This document shows positions 54,662 to 64,000 of a stretch of 64,000 bases of DNA, piece by piece. The notes beneath the pieces are model-generated. The model saw nothing but the letters and a program-made list of their open reading frames with translations. It ran no database searches and was not told the origin of the DNA. Both the position numbers and the translations under genes were made by a program. The DNA comes from a virus, in IMG/VR virus record IMGVR_UViG_3300031111_000010, positions 17,177-81,176 of that record. One strand, written 5' to 3'. Each line of letters starts with the position of its first letter. Within the stretch, counting starts at the first letter, position 1.

Positions 54662-55903
54662 TTACTGAGGCAGATTAGACAACTGAATCAGTTGATAATA
54701 CTCTCTCGCTCCAAAAAGGTGATTATGAATTGCATATCTACTCATCAAACCAACAGTTGGATGGAATGAGTTTTCGAATACTGCTCTACTTGCCAGCAAC
54801 TGAATGTATGGCAGATAGATAACACCAGTATCATATTCGGATGGACCCTTATAACCGACGATAATTTGATCTCTTGTTTCAAAGGTATCTCTATAAACTA
54901 CGAGTCTACCATCAAGAGAACCAATTCTACTCACACCAGTAGGTTGAGTAGTAACGTCACCGGGAACAGGTGCGATAGCAAAAGCTGCCAGAGTTTCAAG
55001 AACAGCAACTGCTCTTGGGTTACCGACTAACCAGTTACCAGAACCACGTCTAGTATTGATAGCGATGTCTTGAGTTCTACGGATAATGTGGTGATACAAT
55101 TCTCTGTATCTTTCCATTTCCCATCTACCCTTAACACCTTGAGCACTTGCCAAGAAATCCCATGTGGTATCATATCCAGAAACACCCCTTACTGTAGCAT
55201 CGATAGCTGCAATAAGTTCTCTGTCGATTTCCTGTGTGATTTCGTAAGCAAGAATGTCCATCATTTCTTCCTCAAGATTCAAGCCATGCATAGCCTTAAG
55301 GTCTTGAGCAATTTCTAATGACCATCTGCTTCTCAATTTTCTGGTTTTCGCTTCTACCTGAGTCTTTTCAACAGTCAGGTTGACTTCTCTGATATGAGTA
55401 CCAGTACCAATACCAAGTCCAATGTCAGAACCAACAGTTCCGGGTGTAGTTCCTAAAGAACCAAGAGCTTCACCAGCAGATGTGATGTATGATCCTGAGT
55501 AACTTGTATCAATGTTGTTGTAACCCAATTCAGTAGAGTTAGCAGTATAAGTTCCAGCAGTTGTTCCTGCTCTAAAACGTAGAGCAAAGGCCAAACCAAC
55601 AGGTCCGGTCAATGGCTGAACACCCACCAACTGATGTGCTACCAGTTCAGGGAAAGTTCTTCTTACCATTGGTACAGCAATTTTGTGAAACATACCAGAA
55701 GTAGGATAGTTAGCACCATCGATACCTCTACCATCACCAGCACCCAAAGAATCAGCACCAGTACCCCATCCAGTTGTTTCCATCAAGAAATTATGCTGGT
55801 TTTCAAGCATAATTGCAGTAGACTTTCTTACTCTGTCGGAATCGATTGATTTACCTTCTTTAAGAACCGCATCCCACTTTTTCACTAAGTCTCTAATATC
55901 CAT
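54662..55903 (-). CDS. major capsid protein (gp23-like)
   Basis: VRRTFP, VGVQPLTGPVGLAFALR, AKTRKL, ELAQDLKA-like EIAQDLKAMHG, EIDRE, VGYKG, MSRY. Confidence 0.97.
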   Translation of the reverse strand: MDIRDLVKKWDAVLKEGKSIDSDRVRKSTAIMLENQHNFLMETTGWGTGADSLGAGDGRGIDGANYPTSGMFHKIAVPMVRRTFPELVAHQLVGVQPLTGPVGLAFALRFRAGTTAGTYTANSTELGYNNIDTSYSGSYITSAGEALGSLGTTPGTVGSDIGLGIGTGTHIREVNLTVEKTQVEAKTRKLRSRWSLEIAQDLKAMHGLNLEEEMMDILAYEITQEIDRELIAAIDATVRGVSGYDTTWDFLASAQGVKGRWEMERYRELYHHIIRRTQDIAINTRRGSGNWLVGNPRAVAVLETLAAFAIAPVPGDVTTQPTGVSRIGSLDGRLVVYRDTFETRDQIIVGYKGPSEYDTGVIYLPYIQLLASRAVFENSFHPTVGLMSRYAIHNHLFGAREYYQLIQLSNLPQ

Positions 55904-55955
55904 AAGTCATTTCCTCCCGTTAAAATTTTGTACTAAAAAATCTCAACAATTTTAT

Positions 55956-56798
55956 TTACACTTTATTCTCTTTGAGAACTTTCATGTAACGATCAAGATG
56001 TGCTTTGAAGGGAGAATCTTCTTCCAACGATTCGTCTTTCTTCTCATCGTCTTCATCTTCTTCATCGTCTTCATCGTCTTCATCATCATCTTCATCGTCT
56101 TTTTCTTTCATATCTTTTTTCTTTTTATCGTCTTTCTTTTCATCGTCTTCATCGTCTTCATCATCGTCTTTCTTTTCATCGTCTTCATCGTCTTCATCAT
56201 CCTTATCGTATGCTTCAACAATGATTTCGAATTTTCTGTCGATTTCATCACGATCCTTGACACCTTCTAACATTGCCAGTACATGAGTAGTTTGTTCGAC
56301 GGTTAATCCATCACATTTCTGTCTCAAGTATAATTCAGCCGCAAGTTCCTGTGCGTCACTCTTGGTTTCAAGTTTTTCGGCAATAGTTTTGTCAAGTTCT
56401 TCTCTTAGACTCTGAATTTCAGTCTTAGCTTCCTTTAATAGAGCTTTAACTTCTTCATCCAGTAATCCTTCATCAACACCAAGTCTAACCTTGAATTGTT
56501 CGATTAGATCAGAATAAAGCTCACCCTTTCTTGCGTATTCAAGAACTTTGTCAGGAATAGTCATTTCGCTTTCCAGAATTTCATCAACAAAGTTAGAGAA
56601 CTTTGAAGTAATGTCTTCTTTGTAAGCATCAAACTTTTCCTCATACTGTTCAATGAGTTTATCCTTCTCTACCTTCAACATTTCGTTAACGGTTTCTTGG
56701 GCTTTAACTTCAATCAAAGTATCTAATTTCTCTTTGATTGCATCCTGTTTCTGTTCGTCCAATTTCTGGACACCAAGCATTTCAAGAAGTTTATCCAT
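55956..56798 (-). CDS. prohead scaffolding protein (gp22-like)
   Basis: helical and acidic, DDEDDE low-complexity tail, directly upstream of capsid gene. Confidence 0.8.
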   Translation of the reverse strand: MDKLLEMLGVQKLDEQKQDAIKEKLDTLIEVKAQETVNEMLKVEKDKLIEQYEEKFDAYKEDITSKFSNFVDEILESEMTIPDKVLEYARKGELYSDLIEQFKVRLGVDEGLLDEEVKALLKEAKTEIQSLREELDKTIAEKLETKSDAQELAAELYLRQKCDGLTVEQTTHVLAMLEGVKDRDEIDRKFEIIVEAYDKDDEDDEDDEKKDDDEDDEDDEKKDDKKKKDMKEKDDEDDDEDDEDDEEDEDDEKKDESLEEDSPFKAHLDRYMKVLKENKV

Positions 56799-56903
56799 AA
56801 GTTATTCCCTCCTATACTAATTTCTACTATATATTTAGTTATTTTAAGTAATTATGTTTATTTTCTCTTTTTCTCAGTATATACTATTGTTTTAAATTAT
56901 TTA

Positions 56904-56931
56904 TTGACATATAAATATTATTGATTATAAT
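56904..56931 (+). promoter_or_regulatory. sigma70-type promoter
   Basis: TTGACA-16bp-TATAAT. Confidence 0.7.
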
Positions 56932-56956
56932 AAGTCATACTGTATAGGAGAAAAAA

Positions 56957-57823
56957 ATGAATGATATAATTGGAAAAAAATTTGGAGTATTAAAAATATT
57001 ATCTCATGCATATTATGATGGAAAACATCATTATTATTTTGCTGAGTGTGAAAACTGTAATCAGAGTATTATAGTACATAGAAATAATCTATTAAATGGT
57101 AGAACAAAATCATGTGGATGTTTAAAAAAAATAAAAGAAAAGAAAGCGAGAAAAAAAAGATATAAACATGGACATATAATAAATGGAAAAAGAACTCCAA
57201 CATATGGTTCTTGGTTTAATATGAAGCAAAGATGTTTGAATCCTAATAATCCAGCATATATGAGATATGGTGGTAGAGGAATTACTGTATGTAAAAGATG
57301 GATGGAGTTTACAAATTTTTTAACTGATATGGGTGAACGTCCTAATAATAAAACTATAGATAGAATAGACAATGATGGTAATTATGAACCTGATAATTGT
57401 AAATGGAGTACAATATCAGAACAAAGAAAAAATAATAGTTACAATATTGATAAAGAAGAATTAAAAAAAAGAAAACTTGAAAAAAGAAAAAGAATAAAAA
57501 GAGAAGAAACAAAAAGAAGAAAAATAGAAAAATTAGAAAAACCATTATTTAGATTACATGGAAGTGTTATTCCATTTGATTATTTTAGAAAGGATGGTAA
57601 GATTTATTATAAAGTATTATGTAAATGTAGAAAACCATTTGTTATTTATAAAGGTAATATGAAAGATGATATGTCTTGTTCTTTTTGTGGAAGAAAATAT
57701 AGAGGTAGAAATACTGATTTTATAAAAGTAAAATATACTGATAAATTAAAAAAAGCATTTGATGTTTTATATGATAATGGATATATAAAAACAAAGAAAT
57801 TAGCCCATATTGTAAGATTATAA
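56957..57823 (+). CDS. HNH-family endonuclease
   Basis: TKSCGC, YGGRGITVCKRW, DMGERP, TIDRIDNDGNYEPDNCKW. Confidence 0.88.
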   Translation: MNDIIGKKFGVLKILSHAYYDGKHHYYFAECENCNQSIIVHRNNLLNGRTKSCGCLKKIKEKKARKKRYKHGHIINGKRTPTYGSWFNMKQRCLNPNNPAYMRYGGRGITVCKRWMEFTNFLTDMGERPNNKTIDRIDNDGNYEPDNCKWSTISEQRKNNSYNIDKEELKKRKLEKRKRIKREETKRRKIEKLEKPLFRLHGSVIPFDYFRKDGKIYYKVLCKCRKPFVIYKGNMKDDMSCSFCGRKYRGRNTDFIKVKYTDKLKKAFDVLYDNGYIKTKKLAHIVRL

Positions 57824-57886
57824 AAGGCTGAAATCACGGTATAATCGCAATTTCAGCCTCCATTTTTTATTACGGAATAATCGGGT

Positions 57887-58366
57887 TTATTTTCTCAATT
57901 TCTTCCAATCAGTACCTTTAGTACCACCAGCTTGATATTTCTTAGGTAGAAAATTATCATAATTTCCCAATTCTGCTTCATCAAACCATTCCTCTACCCA
58001 TTCCTCTGCTGCTGCTTGTCTGGTAGCAGTACTAAACATACTATGCCAATCATCACCACTACCATAATCTTTAGCATATTTCTGTGCAGCAAATTTCATA
58101 AGGTTATTGGCGATACCTTTTACTGCCATTGCCTTATTAAATTTACCCTGTGCTACTTTAGTAATGTAGTTTTTAATAAATGGCAGGGTTGATTGTTTAT
58201 AAAGTTGAGCATCATTATCAAGAAATATCTTTAGTTCTTTGACTGCTTCTTTATCTACTACTCCTTTTGCTTCATTCATAAGCATTTGTTTATATGCTTC
58301 TTGAATTTTCCTATTGGAATCTGAACTTTCATAATCCCTTTTTAGTTTTTCTGGTATTACTTTCAT
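57887..58366 (-). CDS. putative head-internal protein
   Basis: leader SNRKIQEAYKQMLMNE. Confidence 0.65.
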   Translation of the reverse strand: MKVIPEKLKRDYESSDSNRKIQEAYKQMLMNEAKGVVDKEAVKELKIFLDNDAQLYKQSTLPFIKNYITKVAQGKFNKAMAVKGIANNLMKFAAQKYAKDYGSGDDWHSMFSTATRQAAAEEWVEEWFDEAELGNYDNFLPKKYQAGGTKGTDWKKLRK

Positions 58367-58368
58367 AT

Positions 58369-58641
58369 TTATTTCCCCTTTTTAAATTTCTTATATGCTT
58401 TACTTTTATATGCGAAATTCAACCATTCTTCTTTTGTTGTTCCTTTTTTTAATCCTTGATCTTTTTGAGCAAGTTCCCATGCTTCATCTTCTCCACCACC
58501 AGTAGCAAGTATTTTTACTGCATCAAGAAAAGTCATTTTCATAGATGCTTCTAAAATCTTATCATATGCAGAAAGAATCTTCTCATTACTACTTCTATTT
58601 GTGGTTTCTCTACCAATTATGTTTTCATATAGCTGTGCCAT
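58369..58641 (-). CDS. putative head-internal protein
   Basis: 33-aa leader shared with 58651..59088. Confidence 0.65.
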   Translation of the reverse strand: MAQLYENIIGRETTNRSSNEKILSAYDKILEASMKMTFLDAVKILATGGGEDEAWELAQKDQGLKKGTTKEEWLNFAYKSKAYKKFKKGK

Positions 58642-58650
58642 TTTTTACTC

Positions 58651-59088
58651 CTAATCATCGTATGCTGGTTCAATAGCTAAAAGACCCTGTTTGGATTTAG
58701 GTACTTTCAATTTCTTAATTGCCAATAGTTTAGCGTTATACAAATCTTTTGCTTCTTCTTTCTTAATTTCAAGTTTCTTTCCATTAAAGATAGCAATCCA
58801 TCCTGCCATTTGTTTTGCTTCTTTTAGATCAGTGCTTTCTTTTAGCTTTTTAATTTGAGCATCAGTAAATTTGAATTTACTTCTCAAAATCTTCTCTGCT
58901 TCTTCTGCACTTGGACCACCCATAAACTTTCCTTTTGCTGGATTTTTTACAGTATCCTTTAAAATTTTAAGCTGATGTTTATCTGGAACACTAGCTTCTA
59001 AAATCTTATCATATGCGGAAAGAATCTTCTCATTACTATCCCTATTGGTAGTATCTCTACCAATTATGTTCTCATATAGTTGTCCCAT
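58651..59088 (-). CDS. putative head-internal protein
   Basis: MGQLYENIIGR...SNEKILSAYDKILEAS leader. Confidence 0.65.
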   Translation of the reverse strand: MGQLYENIIGRDTTNRDSNEKILSAYDKILEASVPDKHQLKILKDTVKNPAKGKFMGGPSAEEAEKILRSKFKFTDAQIKKLKESTDLKEAKQMAGWIAIFNGKKLEIKKEEAKDLYNAKLLAIKKLKVPKSKQGLLAIEPAYDD

Positions 59089-59090
59089 TT

Positions 59091-59696
59091 TTATTCTCCA
59101 AATAGTTCATCGATTGTACTCATCAGATATTTAAAATATGCTTTCTGAGCTTCTTCGATCTGTCTTTTATCTATTTTATCCTTCTCTTTGATACCACCCG
59201 GAATATCAAACTCTTGACCTTCATAGATACCATTTACCCATGATGGCTTGTTTGAAGGATCAGTAACCAAGTCATAAGTAATCAGATGGAAATCCTCATT
59301 AACATATCCATCCTCACCTACTGTACCTAATCCTCTTGAAGAAATACCCATTGCCCCTTCTTTAACAAGAGTCTTTGCAATGTTACCCATAGGTGTATCT
59401 AATAGTTTAGCCTTTCCGTATACGTTATTACCTTTCCAATCCAAGTTCTCAATCTTCAAAGCAATCTTGTCAGGGTTTACTTCTGGATTAGGTGGATGTC
59501 CTAATTCACCCCATAGGCAGTTCTTACCAATCTTCTCTTGAACTTTGGTAACTTCTCTCTCAAGAATTTCTCTACCATACTTTCTTTTGTTATTGTTTTC
59601 CATTTCAGCAGTAGAAAAGATACCTGCAATATATAATTGTTTATCTTTTCCTTCTGTTAATGCAAAATCATAACTGGTTTCTGTAATAAGTTTCAT
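59091..59696 (-). CDS. prohead protease (gp21-like)
   Basis: MKLITE, NNNKRKY, GELGHP, TPMG, GISSRGLG, DLVTDPS. Confidence 0.96.
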   Translation of the reverse strand: MKLITETSYDFALTEGKDKQLYIAGIFSTAEMENNNKRKYGREILEREVTKVQEKIGKNCLWGELGHPPNPEVNPDKIALKIENLDWKGNNVYGKAKLLDTPMGNIAKTLVKEGAMGISSRGLGTVGEDGYVNEDFHLITYDLVTDPSNKPSWVNGIYEGQEFDIPGGIKEKDKIDKRQIEEAQKAYFKYLMSTIDELFGE

Positions 59697-59890
59697 TATT
59701 CTTCTCCCTCATCATCTGTTTTATCATCAGAAGCAGCAGGGGGAGGATTCAAGTCATTAGCCAATCCTAACTTGTCCTTGATAAACTGATCTCTCTTACC
59801 TGCGATCTCCTGTTTAATAATATCTTTTGCATCTACAAATTCGTCATTTTCAAAATGATCTAACGCTTTCTTAATTTTCTCTTTGTCCAT
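59696..59890 (-). CDS. small prohead core protein (gp67/68-like position)
   Basis: acidic, between portal and protease genes. Confidence 0.5.
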   Translation of the reverse strand: MDKEKIKKALDHFENDEFVDAKDIIKQEIAGKRDQFIKDKLGLANDLNPPPAASDDKTDDEGEE

Positions 59891-59904
59891 TTCACATTCT
59901 CCTT

Positions 59905-60366
59905 TTACATTGCTTCTAATGCTGATTTAAAATATGTTTGCATATGAGCAAGTGTTCTTAGTTGTTTTTTATAATTCTCATCATATTTCTCATCACCAAC
60001 ACCAGATGTCTTATAGCTACCAAAACTAGGTTCTTCTCCATATTTAGCCATATGAGCTTGTTTCTGTATATCATTCCATTGATCTTGAGTCATTTTGATG
60101 AGTTTTTGTAATTCTGCTTTACTGGTCTTTACACCAGTTCTCTTAAGGACTTCGGCTCTTTGTTTTTTACTCAATGCAGAAGTTGTTACTCCTACCTTTC
60201 CTATATTCATCTTTTTGAAACCCAAGTCTTTTACTTCAAAATCTTGTTGTAGCTTTCCAAACAAAACCATAGCTTTCTTTGGTACACCTTTTATGTTATC
60301 AGTATACATCTCATTTACTATTACTTGTTTGTATGCCTCAAAAATTTTTTCGTTTTCCTTTAGCAT
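59905..60366 (-). CDS. putative head-internal protein
   Basis: leader NEKIFEAYKQVIVNE. Confidence 0.6.
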   Translation of the reverse strand: MLKENEKIFEAYKQVIVNEMYTDNIKGVPKKAMVLFGKLQQDFEVKDLGFKKMNIGKVGVTTSALSKKQRAEVLKRTGVKTSKAELQKLIKMTQDQWNDIQKQAHMAKYGEEPSFGSYKTSGVGDEKYDENYKKQLRTLAHMQTYFKSALEAM

Positions 60367-60411
60367 TTCATTATCTCCAAAGTTATTTATATATATTTAT
60401 AATTTTATTTC

Positions 60412-60723
60412 TTATATGATCCAATTCATGGTATCACCAAATCCTAATTCAAATAAAATAGAACTTGCGAATTCTTGAGCAGTTTTATCGCCTTTCTTTC
60501 CTGCTGCCAATGATTTCTTTAATATATCATATGTTTCTTTTGCAGAAAAATTATTACCTTTCAATGGTATTCCTACTCTTTTAGTCATTGCTTTATCTTC
60601 TTTATTACCACTCAAATCATATTCATATGTTCCATCTATACTTTCAAATTCCAATTCTTCTTTGAATTTTTTAAAGTTTGGTATTTTCCTACCTTCTGTT
60701 AGGTATTTATCAATTAAATTCAT
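60412..60723 (-). CDS. putative head-internal protein
   Basis: likely start MNLIDKYLTE with GGAGG RBS. Confidence 0.6.
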   Translation of the reverse strand: MNLIDKYLTEGRKIPNFKKFKEELEFESIDGTYEYDLSGNKEDKAMTKRVGIPLKGNNFSAKETYDILKKSLAAGKKGDKTAQEFASSILFELGFGDTMNWII

Positions 60724-60733
60724 TTTTCCTCCA

Positions 60734-62341
60734 TTACCAATTTGATGTGTTTCCACCATCTTCTTCGGCCAATCCAAGTTGTGTATCCTTTTTCTTACCT
60801 TCTACGTTCTCTTGAATTTCCTCATCATCCCATTTTAGGTAACGCTTCATCAAATAATATTTACTCATCTCTGGTCTATCTGCCAACATTTGATAATTAT
60901 TAAATCTGGAATCAGTAAACATCTGTTCCATTTGTTCCTTATATTTAGAAGGTGGATTCATAACTACTTCTATCTTACGATTATTAACTTCATAAGGTTG
61001 TTTCATTCCTCTGAATTCTAAATGTAGAATGAACATGTCAGTTAGGTCTTTACATATTTTCTTTTGTTGACGTTCAAGAAATTTAGCCCATTTAATTTCA
61101 TCTCTTGAAATCTCTGATGTCTGAGCACCACCAAACATCATTTCTGCATCTCTACCTTCTTGTGTTGCTGTTACTCTTGAAGCAGGATATTTCAATGCTC
61201 TATAAAGTTTCTTTTGGAAATAATAAACATCATCTAATTCCGAAAACATATTAGTGTTACCACCAATCGTATCGATATCAGAACCACGACCATCAGCAGA
61301 TTGTGGTAAATAAAAGTTCTCAAGAATACCCATGACATCAGGTTCATTGGATAGTTTACCTGTATTTGGATCATAGGATTGCTTCTTGGTCATTTTCTGT
61401 TTAATCTTCTCAACATATTTCAATGCTTTATCTTTAGGCATTGATCCTGTATCAATTTTGAATACATATCTTTCTGGTGCTCTTACAATTCTCATTATTA
61501 TAACAGCAGTTTCAAGAAGTTTTAACTGATTGAATGGCACTCTTGCTTTATCCAGATATCCTATAATCTCATATCGTGATGCACCATAAATACCATAATC
61601 AACAAAACCAATCTGATTAGGATCGAAAAGAACAAGCTCACCTTTGCTTGCCATTTTTCTAGCTTCTTCTATTGTCATTGGTTTTTTTGTTTTAGGTTTT
61701 AGATATTGAATAAAATTTGTTATTTGTCCTGATGTTGGATCATAGTAGTAATCCATTGTTTCAGAAGGAAGTTTTTTTACATTGAGAATACCACCTTTTG
61801 ATTTTCCTTTTCTTTTGTCGATTATTCTTTCATAGAATAACCTACCATCTATATAATAGGTCCAAAGAAAATCCCAAATAACATCCTTCATATCAATTTG
61901 TTCTCTGAATAATTTATCAAATTCTCTTTTCAGGTTATTTACTATGTTTTCATTGGAAGCTAAATTTTTATCTCTGATTTCTAAATGGAATACCTCACCG
62001 ATATCATCTTCCTGTGTACTTTCGTTTACTGCGTCTTCGATAACATCAGAAATCTCAGGTGTGCTTGCCATCTGACGATATTCCATAATTCGTTGTACTT
62101 CATTCTCAAATACTCTATTGATATATGAATTATAAAATAAATTGAAACCTTGAACTTGAATGGAATTGAAACCGGGAATTTCAGCAAGTGTTTCCCAACC
62201 TTCACCCTTTTGAGCCATAACGGTTTTGAGAGTTTTACCATATTCTCCCTTACCACTAAAGGCTTTAATTTCTTCTGTTACCACATTTTGTTCTTGTGGA
62301 GCAGCATCATCACCCCAAGCTAAACCAAATAATTTTCCCAT
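60734..62341 (-). CDS. portal protein (gp20-like)
   Basis: YRQMA..PE, YIDGR, RAPERYVFKID, YFQKKLYRALKYP.SR, ISRDE.KW.KF. Confidence 0.97.
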   Translation of the reverse strand: MGKLFGLAWGDDAAPQEQNVVTEEIKAFSGKGEYGKTLKTVMAQKGEGWETLAEIPGFNSIQVQGFNLFYNSYINRVFENEVQRIMEYRQMASTPEISDVIEDAVNESTQEDDIGEVFHLEIRDKNLASNENIVNNLKREFDKLFREQIDMKDVIWDFLWTYYIDGRLFYERIIDKRKGKSKGGILNVKKLPSETMDYYYDPTSGQITNFIQYLKPKTKKPMTIEEARKMASKGELVLFDPNQIGFVDYGIYGASRYEIIGYLDKARVPFNQLKLLETAVIIMRIVRAPERYVFKIDTGSMPKDKALKYVEKIKQKMTKKQSYDPNTGKLSNEPDVMGILENFYLPQSADGRGSDIDTIGGNTNMFSELDDVYYFQKKLYRALKYPASRVTATQEGRDAEMMFGGAQTSEISRDEIKWAKFLERQQKKICKDLTDMFILHLEFRGMKQPYEVNNRKIEVVMNPPSKYKEQMEQMFTDSRFNNYQMLADRPEMSKYYLMKRYLKWDDEEIQENVEGKKKDTQLGLAEEDGGNTSNW

Positions 62342-62388
62342 ATGTTACTCCTAAAGTATAGTCTTCTCATTATATTTATATTTTTTAA

Positions 62389-63468
62389 TCAATCTCTCAC
62401 CATATCTAATGTAAAACAATGAAATCCACCAGCAAATATACGTCTATGTCTATGTTGAACTGGTATAGGTGTAAATCCATTTTCATCTAAAAAATCAATC
62501 AACTCAGGACAAAGAGAATTTACAATAATTTTATTTCCATCTATACTTAGCATGTTCAAATCAATATATTTACTTGTTAAATATAATTGATCAGATGGAT
62601 AATCAGGAAACCAATTATCCTTTGGTTGTGGTGGTACTAATATATCCCATTTCTGTAACCAATCAGGTAGTTTATTTAAAATACTCTTGTTTCTTAACAT
62701 GAGCTTTCCTTCAGCAAGTGGAACAATAAAACTATCTGTATGATTATCAGCAATATTTCTCAGTTTATATAATTTATATCCTTTAGGTTCAAGATAGTTT
62801 TTTAACCAATTGAATCCTAATAAGTGATTTTTATTTGCCACATTAACAAGAAGTTTTTTACCGAATCGTGTTATTTGTGCAGCATCGATCATCATCTCAT
62901 GTTCATAATCAAATTCATTATCAATCTGTTCTTCTATAAAATCAACATCTGTATAGTGCATTTGATTAACTGCATATGATAGATCAAATGATTTATCTGT
63001 CATAATAGGTCTAGGCATATTAACCCAACCAGCACCCTCTTTAAAATACTTATAGAATATAGGCTTGAGTAAATCATTTTCAAAATATCTACTTCTTATA
63101 CAACAAGGTGTTTCGATTATTTCATCACCTATTACTATTGCTTGATCCCTTATATTCAAAGCAGGTACACAAACAGATTCCCAATATGGAGTCTTAAATT
63201 TATGTATACTTTTTAATGGTGTAGGTCTGTGTACTTTGATATCTAAAGATTCTAAAGTTCTTACCAATCCATTCAGGTCTTCGTTCAACTCATCTATATA
63301 TTGTCCTTTTATTAGAAGATTATCTTCATTATCTCTATGCCAGAAATAATATGCATTATCATTGAAAAATAACTTGAATGATAAATCTAATTGATATGAG
63401 TGTAATTTAAAGCTATCCCCTACAATTACTTCTCTTAGTCTTGACCATTCATTATGACTGTTTAACAT
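62389..63468 (-). CDS. amidinotransferase (glycine/inosamine-phosphate type)
   Basis: NSHNEWSRLREVIVG, RD, SRYFE, DAA, H.DS, GGFHCFTLD. Confidence 0.9.
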   Translation of the reverse strand: MLNSHNEWSRLREVIVGDSFKLHSYQLDLSFKLFFNDNAYYFWHRDNEDNLLIKGQYIDELNEDLNGLVRTLESLDIKVHRPTPLKSIHKFKTPYWESVCVPALNIRDQAIVIGDEIIETPCCIRSRYFENDLLKPIFYKYFKEGAGWVNMPRPIMTDKSFDLSYAVNQMHYTDVDFIEEQIDNEFDYEHEMMIDAAQITRFGKKLLVNVANKNHLLGFNWLKNYLEPKGYKLYKLRNIADNHTDSFIVPLAEGKLMLRNKSILNKLPDWLQKWDILVPPQPKDNWFPDYPSDQLYLTSKYIDLNMLSIDGNKIIVNSLCPELIDFLDENGFTPIPVQHRHRRIFAGGFHCFTLDMVRD

Positions 63469-64000
63469 ATTTCTCCATTTCAAGTATAGTTGACTTATAA
63501 CCCTTTTCTTCTCTCATTATTGGTTTTAATCTCATAAATCTATTGATATATTCCTTTTGGGATACTGAACAATAATAGTATTTAGGGCATTCATTTATTG
63601 ATTTATTTATTTCAGGAATAACACAATTCAAATCCCAATATTCATATTTTATTCCATATTTTTTAGGATTATTATACATATCTGATCCAACAGATAAAGT
63701 ATATAAAAATGTAAATACTTCTACTTTATATATTTTTGCAAGTTCTTTCGCTATTTCAAAATCTATTTGAAATGATTCTTCGCTTTCATTTGGCATACAA
63801 AATATAAGATATATTTGGTGTATAATATCATGTTTTGCTGTTTCATTAGCAAGATCAAATAATTGATCTTTTGTTATATTAGCACTTTTATTTGCTTCTA
63901 TTCTTTTTTCTGTTGCAAATGCATCTAATCCCAATCTTAATGTATGAAAATTAGATTCTTTTAATGTTCGTATCATATCAAAATCTAAATTATCATATAC
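63452..64000 (-). CDS. radical SAM protein C-terminal part (partial)
   Basis: frame open to window end; LGLDA, YLIFCMPNESEE, GSDMY.NPKKYGI resemble radical SAM C-termini; CxxxCxxC lies outside window. Confidence 0.6.
   Translation of the reverse strand, partial: VYDNLDFDMIRTLKESNFHTLRLGLDAFATEKRIEANKSANITKDQLFDLANETAKHDIIHQIYLIFCMPNESEESFQIDFEIAKELAKIYKVEVFTFLYTLSVGSDMYNNPKKYGIKYEYWDLNCVIPEINKSINECPKYYYCSVSQKEYINRFMRLKPIMREEKGYKSTILEMEKYVKQS

Noticed and set aside
55998-56286. Plus-strand poly-Ser/Phe ORFs
   Set aside because: Reverse complement of the acidic scaffold tail

Overview
AT-rich segment of a large T4-like (gp23/gp20/gp18-type) myovirus genome, standard genetic code, mostly minus-strand genes. 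About 1-18.9 kb is an accessory/early region with many small ORFs, Pth2, two tRNA-Ser genes, a vWA protein, a queuosine-salvage-like protein, RtcB and DUF932. About 18.9-43.8 kb holds tail, neck and terminase genes, including tail-tube-fold and sheath-derived proteins fused through poly-Ser linkers to lectin-like domains. About 43.9-50.6 kb is an insert between the terminase subunits with a complete prkA(yeaG)-yeaH-spoVR(ycgB) operon. About 51-64 kb has sugar/nucleotide enzymes, HNH endonucleases and head genes. Main unexpected signals: (1) 14 unrelated small proteins share a C-terminal peptide F-[IL]-x3-[DE]-[FM]-x-[LIV]; (2) eight sigma54 -24/-12 motifs, five clustered in a non-coding stretch and three paired with tandem TGACA-N5-TGTCA palindromes like enhancer sites; (3) an unannotated acidic 49-aa peptide ending in an SSB-type DDVPF tail; (4) a lambda G/GT-like -1 frameshift joining gp26 to a gp51-like ORF; (5) tRNA-Ser anticodons matching the TCA-AGY poly-Ser codons; (6) a ferritin-like protein with a capsid-targeting-like leader. 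All product calls come from motif recognition by eye, not database searches.
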